Shown: positions 1 through 7,901, numbered from the stretch's first letter. The stretch is 64,000 nt of DNA from Candidatus Cloacimonadota bacterium (GCA_030445745.1 JASUTE010000001.1:7664-71663), one strand, 5' to 3'. Translations and numbers: made by a program. The notes: generated by a model from the sequence alone, not told the origin.

Positions 1-42
1 GAGGCTAACAAAGAAAAAATAAATAGAATTTAGGAGAAGAAA

Positions 43-1344
43 GTGAGCTGGAAAGAAGAGTGGAAAAAACTGCTGTTGATGCTAACCGTATTTTTAGTTG
101 CTTTTTTCATGCCTCTAAGCTCTGGACGTCTGCAAAATGCCATAATGGAAGCCTTGCACATGCTGCAAGAATATGCACAGCTGCATGTAGTTTTCTGTTT
201 GCTGCCAGCCTTTTTCATTGCCGGCGCCATCAGCGTATTTGTAAGCCAGGCAGCTGTTATAAAATATTTAGGAGCGCGGGCCAAAAAAGTTACTGCCTAT
301 GCCGTAGCTTCGGTTTCGGGAGCTATTTTGGCGGTATGTTCCTGCACCATCTTGCCGCTATTTAGTGGAATTTACAAGCGTGGGGCCGGTTTAGGCCCAG
401 CTGTAACCTTTTTATATTCCGGTCCTGCCATAAATGTGTTGGCGATAATTCTTACTGCCCGCGTGCTGGGTGTAGGAATAGGAATTGCCCGTGCTGTGGG
501 TGCTATAATTTTCAGTGTTATCATCGGGTTGATAATGGCGTTTATTTTCCGTAAAGAAGAACTGGAAAAAGCTAATAAACAACTAAATATGCCAGAGCCA
601 GAAGCTACTCGTCCCTTGTGGCAGGAAGCTATTCATTTTGGTATAATGGTATTAATCCTCATCTTTGCCAATTGGAGCGCGCCTAAAGTAGATTCTGGAG
701 TTTGGGCTGCTATTTACAATGCTAAATGGCTCATCACGGCAGGGTTGGCAGTAGGATTTGGCATAGTCTTAAACAGATTTTTCCACCTGAAACTTTGGAA
801 AATATTGATAATTGCAGTAGCTGTGATTGTTGTCCACTTCATATTTAATGGGAATCCCATGCTCACCTTTGTAACCGGTATTATTGGCCTTTCCTATTTT
901 AGCAGTACTCACGAAGGTGAATTGGGCGACTGGTTCAGCTCTACCTGGGGCTTTGCCAAACAGATCCTGCCACTGCTGTTCATAGGTGTACTTATTGCCG
1001 GTTCTTTGTTAGGAAGACCCGGCCAAGAAGGTCTTATCCCCTCGGAATGGATTCAAACTTTAGTAGGCGGTAATTCGCTCTGGGCAAATCTGTTTGCCTC
1101 TGTAGCTGGCGCTTTTATGTATTTTGCCACGCTTACCGAAGTTCCCATACTGCAAGGACTCATGGGTAACGGCATGGGAAACGGGCCCGCTCTGGCACTG
1201 CTTTTGGCTGGCCCAGCGCTTTCACTTCCTAATATGCTGGTAATTCGCAGTGTGATGGGAACTAAAAAAACTTTGATATTTATCGGATTGGTAGTGGTGA
1301 TGGCTACTACTTCCGGAATGATATTTGGCACTTATTTTGCCTAA
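43..1344 (+). CDS. Predicted permease, ArsP/DUF318-type (ars-cluster-linked)
   Basis: The 433-aa ORF has a GTG start shortly after AGGAG and many hydrophobic segments. It carries the Cys-pair motif 'AVCSCTILP' typical of this permease family. It is followed by a thioredoxin-like gene, acr3 and arsC. Its layout matches the cop-linked permease at 27595-28650. Confidence 0.7.
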   Translation: MSWKEEWKKLLLMLTVFLVAFFMPLSSGRLQNAIMEALHMLQEYAQLHVVFCLLPAFFIAGAISVFVSQAAVIKYLGARAKKVTAYAVASVSGAILAVCSCTILPLFSGIYKRGAGLGPAVTFLYSGPAINVLAIILTARVLGVGIGIARAVGAIIFSVIIGLIMAFIFRKEELEKANKQLNMPEPEATRPLWQEAIHFGIMVLILIFANWSAPKVDSGVWAAIYNAKWLITAGLAVGFGIVLNRFFHLKLWKILIIAVAVIVVHFIFNGNPMLTFVTGIIGLSYFSSTHEGELGDWFSSTWGFAKQILPLLFIGVLIAGSLLGRPGQEGLIPSEWIQTLVGGNSLWANLFASVAGAFMYFATLTEVPILQGLMGNGMGNGPALALLLAGPALSLPNMLVIRSVMGTKKTLIFIGLVVVMATTSGMIFGTYFA

Positions 1345-1365
1345 AAAAACAAAAGGAGATCTAAA

Positions 1366-1599
1366 ATGATAATTAAAATTCTTGGTTCAGGATGCCCTAA
1401 ATGCAAGAAATTGGAAAAGAACGCTCGGGAAGCTGTAGAGCAAACCGGCGTGGAAGCAGAAGTGGAAAAAGTTACCGATATGAACGATATTATGGACTAC
1501 GGTGTGATGATGACACCTGCTTTGGTGATAGATGAAAAAGTTGTATCAGCAGGCCGATTACTTTCCGCTAAGAAAATCGTGGAAATTTTAAACCAATAA
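1366..1599 (+). CDS. Small thioredoxin-fold redox-active disulfide protein (CPKC motif)
   Basis: The 77-aa ORF starts 'MIIKILGSGCPKCKKL', matching the small glutaredoxin-like/redox-active disulfide protein 2 family. GGAG lies upstream, and such genes commonly follow ArsP-type permeases. Confidence 0.75.
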   Translation: MIIKILGSGCPKCKKLEKNAREAVEQTGVEAEVEKVTDMNDIMDYGVMMTPALVIDEKVVSAGRLLSAKKIVEILNQ

Positions 1600-1789
1600 G
1601 GAGAAATTATGTCAGAATGTTGTAGTGGGAATAAAGGAGTCAGCTTGTTCTAACCGATATGAGATGTGAAAAAGGTAAGACTGAAATAAATGAAGAAACA
1701 ATAGAAACAGCATTGGAAATTCTAAAAAAAGAACTGAAAAAAGGAACCAGCACCTCTGGCTATAGTTGCTGATAACAAGGAGAAAATTA

Positions 1790-2005
1790 ATGCAAAAAAA
1801 GCTCTCTAGAATTATAATAATAGCTGTATTGCTGGTAACAGTAATAATTGTATTTATGTTTAAAAACCAAGCTTCCAACCAGAAAAAAGCAACAGGCAAT
1901 GTGCTGGCAATCGTTGAAGGCCAGAGGATAACCAAAAAAGATCTGCAAACAGAATATGAAACACTTTCTTCAAACTACAAAGATATGTTCAAGAATGACA
2001 AATAG
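1790..2005 (+). CDS. Small membrane-anchored protein resembling only the N-terminus of SurA/PpiD-type chaperones (possibly a truncated gene)
   Basis: The ATG at 1790 is preceded by AAGGAGA. The product has an N-terminal TM anchor (IIIIAVLLVTVIIVFMF). The following 'VLAIVEGQRITKKDLQTEY' is like the start of a PPIase-chaperone N-domain. The ORF stops after 71 aa with no PPIase domain. Confidence 0.3.
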   Translation: MQKKLSRIIIIAVLLVTVIIVFMFKNQASNQKKATGNVLAIVEGQRITKKDLQTEYETLSSNYKDMFKNDK

Positions 2006-2152
2006 CACTTTTTTGGACCTGACTAGAATACTGGCAATGGAATGAACGCCCGCAGGAAGCCGTTATATTAAAAAAAAATATGTGGGTTTTTAGTTATCTT
2101 AGGTGGATTTTATTTAATTTGGACTGCATAAAAAATAATTTAGGAGTACGCA

Positions 2153-3214
2153 ATGGCTGAAGAAAATAAGCTTAATTTTTTCGAGAGATATTTAAGTGTT
2201 TGGGTGCTGCTTTGTATCATAGTAGGAATATTGATAGGGCAATATCTGCCTTTTATTCCTAAATTGCTAAGTAAATTGGAATATGCGCAAGTTTCTATTC
2301 CTATAGCAATACTAATTTGGCTAATGATATACCCTATGATGCTGAAAATAGATTTTTCCAGCATTGTGAATGCTACCAAGCAACCAAAAGGGCTCACCGT
2401 TACTCTAGTTAGCAATTGGTTAATAAAACCATTTACTATGTATCTGATAGCGTTTTTCTTTCTTAAAATAGTTTTTGCCCCTTGCATCTCTTCCCAGTTG
2501 GCAGAACAGTATGTAGCTGGAGCTATTTTGTTGGGAGCTGCACCTTGCACAGCCATGGTATTTGTATGGAGCTACTTAAGCAGAGGAAATGCAGCTTATA
2601 CTTTGGTGCAAGTGGCAATAAACGATATTATAATTTTGTTTGCTTTCACGCCAATAGTTGCTTTTTTATTGGGAATCAGTGATATTACGGTTCCCTATGA
2701 TACTTTGGTTTTATCTGTTGTTTTGTTCGTGGTAATCCCATTTTCTTTTGGTTATATTACTCGCAGGCTGGTTATAAAAAAATATAGTATCCAATATTTG
2801 AACGAAAAATTCATTCCAAAATTCCAAAATATCACAGTTATTGGTTTATTACTAACGCTCATAATAATTTTTTCTTTCCAGGGTGATATCATTTTGCACA
2901 ATCCTATCCATATAGTTCTAATTGCCATTCCCTTGGTAATACAAACTTTTTTTATATTTTTCTTAGCTTATTTTTGGTCAAAGTTGTGGAAAATATCTCA
3001 TGATATTGCTGCCCCAGCCGCTATGATTGGCGCTAGTAATTTTTTTGAATTAGCTGTAGCTGTGGCAATTGCTTTGTTTGGGTTACAATCGGGCGCAACT
3101 CTGGCTACTGTGGTAGGTGTTTTGGTAGAAGTACCAGTGATGCTTACCTTGGTGAGAATTGCTAATAAAACTCGTAACTGGTTCCCATCCCCCAAAATAA
3201 ATAAGGATAGATAA
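2153..3214 (+). CDS. acr3: Arsenite efflux transporter, ACR3 family
   Basis: The 353-aa polytopic protein has the N-terminus 'LNFFERYLSVWVLLCIIVGILIG', characteristic of Acr3/ArsB(ACR3). It lies immediately upstream of arsC. Confidence 0.85.
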   Translation: MAEENKLNFFERYLSVWVLLCIIVGILIGQYLPFIPKLLSKLEYAQVSIPIAILIWLMIYPMMLKIDFSSIVNATKQPKGLTVTLVSNWLIKPFTMYLIAFFFLKIVFAPCISSQLAEQYVAGAILLGAAPCTAMVFVWSYLSRGNAAYTLVQVAINDIIILFAFTPIVAFLLGISDITVPYDTLVLSVVLFVVIPFSFGYITRRLVIKKYSIQYLNEKFIPKFQNITVIGLLLTLIIIFSFQGDIILHNPIHIVLIAIPLVIQTFFIFFLAYFWSKLWKISHDIAAPAAMIGASNFFELAVAVAIALFGLQSGATLATVVGVLVEVPVMLTLVRIANKTRNWFPSPKINKDR

Positions 3215-3216
3215 CT

Positions 3217-3627
3217 ATGAAAAAAATATTATTCATCTGCACACATAATTCAGCTCGCTCGCAAATAGCCGAGGGCTTAACTAATTATTTTTATTCGGAA
3301 AATTGGCAAGCCTTTAGCGCTGGCACCCAAAAAACCAGAGTGAAGCTGGAAGCTACCCAGGTTTTAAAGGAAATTGGCATCGACATTTCGCATCATTATT
3401 CCAAAACTGTAGAGGAAATAGGAGACCAGCAATTTGATATAGTGGTAACGGTTTGCGATAGTGCCAAAGAGAGCTGTCCCTTTTTCCCAGGTAAAAAAGT
3501 GCTACACAAGAGCTTTGCCGACCCCTCCGATGTAAAAGAAGCAGAGGCGAGGTTAAATGCCTTCCGAAAAACACGCGACGAAATAAAAAAATGGTTAGCA
3601 GAAACACTACCAAATATGAATGTTTAA
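3217..3627 (+). CDS. arsC: Arsenate reductase, thioredoxin-coupled LMW-PTP type
   Basis: The 136-aa ORF has the P-loop 'CTHNSARS' (CX5R) and the downstream Cys pair 'VCDSAKESCP'. It starts 3 nt after the acr3 stop. Confidence 0.9.
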   Translation: MKKILFICTHNSARSQIAEGLTNYFYSENWQAFSAGTQKTRVKLEATQVLKEIGIDISHHYSKTVEEIGDQQFDIVVTVCDSAKESCPFFPGKKVLHKSFADPSDVKEAEARLNAFRKTRDEIKKWLAETLPNMNV

Positions 3628-3683
3628 TTTGACACGGTAGGCTTTTGAATTAATTTGTTCACAGACCTTTTAAAGTACATAGA

Positions 3684-4035
<352 letters not shown>

Positions 4036-4110
4036 GTCTTCGCTTGGAGCGGAGCGGAAAGTGAAGACTGTCCCGGCGAAGTGACTTTAGTCATCGAAGC
4101 CGGACTCTAC
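4036..4110 (+). repeat. Degenerate 'GTCTTCGC...GTGAAGAC / GTCATCGAAG' intergenic repeat units directly 3' of tmRNA
   Basis: GTCTTCGCTTGGAGCGGAGCGGAAAGTGAAGAC can fold as a hairpin. It is followed by TGTCCCGGCGAAGTGAC...AGTCATCGAAGCCGGACTCT. The same motif style recurs at 37619-37940. Confidence 0.5.
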
Positions 4111-4150
4111 CTATCAGAAATCCGCTCCATTCTACGCCTGGGCAGGCCAT

Positions 4151-4390
4151 ATGTATTATGTATATATTTTAGAAAGTTTACATGATTCAACGAAGCATTA
4201 CACAGGATTTACGAAAGATTTAAAAAAACGAATTACCAAACATAACAACGGAGAAGTTCTTTATACAAATAAATTCAAACCATGGAAAATTTCTGTTTAT
4301 ATTGCTTTTGAGGAAGAGAAGAAAGCAAAACAATTTGAGAAATGCTTGAAAACTCATTCGGGAAGGTCGTTTTCGTATAAACACTTCTAA
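4151..4390 (+). CDS. GIY-YIG domain nuclease-family protein (small, stand-alone)
   Basis: The 79-aa ORF reads 'YYVYILES...HYTGFTKDLKKRITKHNNG', which is the GIY...YxG...R...H/N layout of the short GIY-YIG (UPF0213-like) family. Confidence 0.75.
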   Translation: MYYVYILESLHDSTKHYTGFTKDLKKRITKHNNGEVLYTNKFKPWKISVYIAFEEEKKAKQFEKCLKTHSGRSFSYKHF

Positions 4391-4526
4391 GCATAGCGTA
4401 AAGCGTCAAACTTCTAAAATTACGTCCTGATTAAAAAAGGCTAACACGCCGTAATGAAATGAAGGTAGTCTATGAATTGAATATTTTTTATTGCATGCTC
4501 CAAGACTACGTCTCGGCAGGCTAATT

Positions 4527-4607
4527 ATGAAAAATGATAAGAATAAATGGTATTTTGTTTACATTTTAAAATCAATATCAAACCCAAACCATTTCTATAC
4601 TAAATAA
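4527..4607 (+). pseudogene. Truncated second GIY-YIG gene (N-terminal 26 codons only)
   Basis: The sequence translates to MKNDKNKWYFVYILKSISNPNHFYTK-stop and aligns with the N-terminus of the 4151 gene (YYVYILESLHDSTKHYTG). It is preceded by the same motif CTACGYCTSGGCAGGC seen 3 nt upstream of the intact copy. Confidence 0.6.
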
Positions 4608-4780
4608 ATAGATATTTTGATTATAATTTTGTTGTAGTTTGGGCTTTTGTCCAAAACAAACCTTGGAATCATTCACAATAATAAACTTTTAAAATTAATT
4701 ACTATTAGATTTAGATATTTACGGTTGACTTCAATTCCCAAAACTATAGATTGTCTAAGAATTATAAAAGGAGTTTAAAA

Positions 4781-5311
4781 ATGAGAAAAAAAACAGTAGC
4801 AACTTTTATTGTGGCAGTTATACTTATGTTTTCTGCTATGGTAATGAATGCCCAGACACCTAATGAAGAAACTCAGAAATTATATCAAGAGTACATGACT
4901 CTGAATCAGGAATTACGAGCAATTCAACAAAAGGCTTTTCAAGATTCTGCTATAGCCAAGCAAGCTGAAGAATTATCAGACATGATCGATAAAAAAATGC
5001 GCGAAATCGACCCTGAAGCAAAAAAACTAATCCAACAAAGAGATTCGATCGAAACAGAATTTCAAACTGCTCAAAATGCAGGTGATCAGGGGAAAATTGA
5101 AAAATTGCAGCAAGACTACCAAGAATTGAGCACACAATTGACACCATTGAATCAACAAGTTATGCAAATGGAAGATGTGCAAAAGAAACAACAAAAACTT
5201 AATTCTGATATGATCCAGAAGATGCAAGAGATCGATCCACAAACGAAAACTAAAATCCAAAGATTGAATGAAATACAGCAGCAATTGCAGCAAACACAGT
5301 CTAATAAATAG
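4781..5311 (+). CDS. Secreted Q/E/K-rich coiled-coil protein, unknown function
   Basis: The ATG at 4781 lies 8 nt after AAGGAG (the track TTG start at 4751 is less likely). The product has a signal peptide (MRKKTVATFIVAVILMFSAMVMNAQ). 'EIDPxxK' segments repeat within a heptad-like sequence. Confidence 0.6.
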   Translation: MRKKTVATFIVAVILMFSAMVMNAQTPNEETQKLYQEYMTLNQELRAIQQKAFQDSAIAKQAEELSDMIDKKMREIDPEAKKLIQQRDSIETEFQTAQNAGDQGKIEKLQQDYQELSTQLTPLNQQVMQMEDVQKKQQKLNSDMIQKMQEIDPQTKTKIQRLNEIQQQLQQTQSNK

Positions 5312-5320
5312 AATTTAGTA

Positions 5321-5358
5321 AAAAAGCAGTTGTTAAGGCAAATTGACAGCTGCTTTTT
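5321..5358 (+). terminator. Rho-independent terminator
   Basis: The stem GCAGTTGT/ACAGCTGC (one G-U pair) has a 12-nt loop and is followed by TTTTT. It lies 10 nt after the stop of the 4781 gene. Confidence 0.75.
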
Positions 5359-5647
5359 GGGGCTTACTTTCTAAGAGTTTTGAATATTTATTTTTAAAAA
5401 CACTCTTTTTTGTTTAACAAAAGGCAACAGCCTTTGAATATTACCCTAAAACAGGGTCAAGTAGAAAATTTGCCCGCAGGCAGTTGTGAATTTATTGACA
5501 AGTTGTTGTTTAATGTATTTTTTAACTTATGAATTATTTACTGAATAACATTAGTAAAATATCTACCTGCCACAGACCGGATTGTATCACACTCAAGAAA
5601 CTACAGCTTGAAGGAGAGAAAATATTTGTTCTTAAAAGGCGCGGTGG

Positions 5648-5669
5648 AATGGCTTTGTTGTTTAAGGTA
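5648..5669 (+). repeat. 22-nt direct repeat copy 1 (AATGGCTTTGTTGTTTAAGGTA)
   Basis: It matches 6032-6053 at 21/22 positions. A shorter third copy, TTGTTGTTTAATGTA, lies at 5503-5517. Confidence 0.85.
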
Positions 5670-5698
5670 ATTTAGAAAATTAAAAAGAGGTATTACAT

Positions 5699-6022
5699 AT
5701 GATTATTGATGGAAAGAAAGTAAGTATCTTATCAACTGATAAAAATATCGTTGATATAGCTAAGCGAAATAAAATTGCATTACCAGCTCCCTGTTATTTA
5801 AGCAATAGAGTCAATGGATGTTGTAAAATATGTGTTGTAGAAATTGCAGGAAAACAGAAATATGCATGTACAACTGCACCTGAAGATGACCTTGAGGTTA
5901 TTGTAGATCGACCGGATCTAAATTCTATTAGGAAAGAACGTATCGCAGAATACCAACAGGGGAAACATTATAATACTCCTTGTGACTGTCGTTGCTCCTG
6001 TTCTGATTCAAGTTGTTGCTAA
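5699..6022 (+). CDS. Stand-alone NuoG/HydA-N-terminal-type [2Fe-2S] domain protein with Cys-rich C-terminal tail
   Basis: The 107-aa ORF aligns by eye with the N-terminus of the hydA product in this window (PCY...GCCKICVVEI...ACTT versus LCYH...NCGVCVVEIEG...SCCT). It ends '...PCDCRCSCSDSSCC'. AGAGG lies 9 nt upstream. Confidence 0.65.
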   Translation: MIIDGKKVSILSTDKNIVDIAKRNKIALPAPCYLSNRVNGCCKICVVEIAGKQKYACTTAPEDDLEVIVDRPDLNSIRKERIAEYQQGKHYNTPCDCRCSCSDSSCC

Positions 6023-6031
6023 ACCCTGAGT

Positions 6032-6053
6032 AATGGCTTTGTTGTTTAGGGTA
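6032..6053 (+). repeat. 22-nt direct repeat copy 2 (AATGGCTTTGTTGTTTAGGGTA)
   Basis: See 5648-5669. It lies 10 nt after the stop of the [2Fe-2S] gene and about 40 nt from the truncation point of the IS remnant. Confidence 0.85.
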
Positions 6054-6091
6054 GTGTGAAAGGAATTTATATTAAAATTTTTAAAAAGATA

Positions 6092-6396
6092 ACGCTTATC
6101 TAAAAATATCTGGGGAGCTGCTTCTAAGAATTGTCTCTTCCATCTCGCTATCATATTTGGATGTACTTCATATTTTTTCAGATAACTCAGATAAAGTTTG
6201 GCCACCTTTCACTGCTTCTTATGCCACCCTCACTTTAAATTCAGACGAATACTTCTTACGCATAATAATTTTCCTATTTTTTTGAAAAACTTCTTAACAA
6301 ACCACGAAAAATTGAAAAGGAAATTTTCTAGAAACTCCATTTCTTGGTAAGTTTTTTTCACCTTTTATCACTGTCCGAATTTTGGGGAGCATTACA
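6092..6396 (-). mobile_element. IS3-family insertion-sequence remnant (left inverted repeat plus 5' part of orfA, inactivated)
   Basis: The minus strand reads TGTAATGCTCCCCAAAATTCGGACA (6396-6372), a 5'-TG...GGACA IR-like end. From the ATG at 6263 it then encodes MRKKYSSEFKVRVA*EAVKGGQTLSELSEKYEVHPNMIARWKRQFLEAAPQIFLDKR. This is the HTH-containing N-terminus typical of IS3 OrfA, with an in-frame TAA at 6219-6221. Homology is lost after about 6092 and no orfB is present. Confidence 0.75.
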
Positions 6397-6429
6397 ATAC
6401 CCCGGAATTTTTTTGAACTAATAATATAA

Positions 6430-7359
6430 TCAATCCCTAAACTCATTAATTACATCATAAAATTCAGGTATATTAAAATAATCTGCATACCAGTCTAGCT
6501 GGTTTATATGAATAGGGTGATAATTTGGATCTGGTTGATGGCGATGTAAACAATATCTAGAGCCATCTACACCTTCCCAATCCCATATATTATGATTATC
6601 TATTATAGACTGAAGCGAAGCCTCAAATAGGAACAAGGCAAACTTATCTCCCGTGAGAGCATAATAATCCCATAATCCAAAAGTTCCAAAGAAAATACCA
6701 TTTAATATATGACAATGGTTTGGATTAGGAATCTCTTCTTGCCAGTAATAGTTCTTTTCATCTAGACCTATACACCAATAATTAGTAGTATTAGTATATA
6801 AAGTTTTATATACTTTTTCAGCTGCTTTTAAATATACTTTTTCTTCTAAAAGATCATATGCCATACAAAAAGCAGCTAAAGCTTCTCCTTGTGCCATACT
6901 AGAAATCCAATTAGCATCTATATGTAAACTGTCAGCATGCATCCACTCGAACTTGTACAATAAGTAATTTTCTTCATTCAAATTTTCTAATAACCAATTT
7001 ACATTATTTTTAAATCCTCTTAGATAAATATCATCACCTTTTTCTAGATATAATTTATGGAAGCTGAAGGCTGTTTCGGCAGTTCCCACAGGTGTAATGT
7101 AATCTCCGAAATCGTAATGGACCTCAAACAGCAAATCCTCATTTAGATTATCAAAATTAATACCCCATGGCATGAAGTATTTTAAGCGATTGTTCAGATG
7201 TTGTGTAGCTAAGGTTTCTGCAATTTCAATATCATAGTATAATATATCTTCTTGATGTTCTTTTAAATTAAAGATTACATTATCTGGTACATCTTCATCT
7301 AAAGAGCAACTTGCTAAAACAATAATTCCTAATAGTAGTACGCAACTTTGCTTAAACAT
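6430..7359 (-). CDS. Lipoprotein with D-glucuronyl C5-epimerase C-terminal-like domain
   Basis: The 309-aa ORF has the lipobox 'VLASC'. The motifs 'WISSMAQGEALAAFCMAYDL...YLKAA' and '...ILNGIFFGTFGLWDYY' resemble the C5-epimerase family core. The gene is very A+T-rich. Confidence 0.55.
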   Translation of the reverse strand: MFKQSCVLLLGIIVLASCSLDEDVPDNVIFNLKEHQEDILYYDIEIAETLATQHLNNRLKYFMPWGINFDNLNEDLLFEVHYDFGDYITPVGTAETAFSFHKLYLEKGDDIYLRGFKNNVNWLLENLNEENYLLYKFEWMHADSLHIDANWISSMAQGEALAAFCMAYDLLEEKVYLKAAEKVYKTLYTNTTNYWCIGLDEKNYYWQEEIPNPNHCHILNGIFFGTFGLWDYYALTGDKFALFLFEASLQSIIDNHNIWDWEGVDGSRYCLHRHQPDPNYHPIHINQLDWYADYFNIPEFYDVINEFRD

Positions 7360-7826
7360 TCAAACCTCCCTAATTATATAAATAATTATCACATATTTTA
7401 TTCATTTAAGTCAAGGTATTTATGTTATAAGCATATATATTTTTAAATCATATTTGATATTTTTACTATTTTTAAGTAATATAGCTACTATTATGCTAAG
7501 AAGATAATTATACATATTTTTTTCCATTCAACCCATTCCTACTTTTCTTTTGACACACAAAGCCAATTTTTGCTAATTTTCTATACAACCTTACTCGATT
7601 ACAGCAATAGCTAACAACTAAAGCCAGTTTATAGTAGATAAATTTTCCTTGCAAATCTTTATAACTTTTTCTGTGAACCTCATTGAAATGCTCCTTTTGT
7701 TTTTTTTAGATTAAGGAGCATTTTCTTTGCAGCTACTTTTTAAGGATTTTCATTAATACTATTCCATTGTTTTTCAATAGATTACATTATCAATCTGCTT
7801 TTCTCGGGTATAGGTGTAGAAATAAT

Positions 7827-7853
7827 AAAAACCGCTGCGGGTGCAGCGGTTTT
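7827..7853 (-). terminator. Rho-independent terminator of htrA
   Basis: The stem ACCGCTGC/GCAGCGGT has a GGGT loop and is flanked by A and T runs. On the minus strand it is followed by TTTTTATTATT, about 50 nt after the htrA stop. Confidence 0.8.
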
Positions 7854-7901
7854 ACAGATTTACATCAGTAAGTGTAAATCTTATATAGCTCCTTATGAGC
7901 T

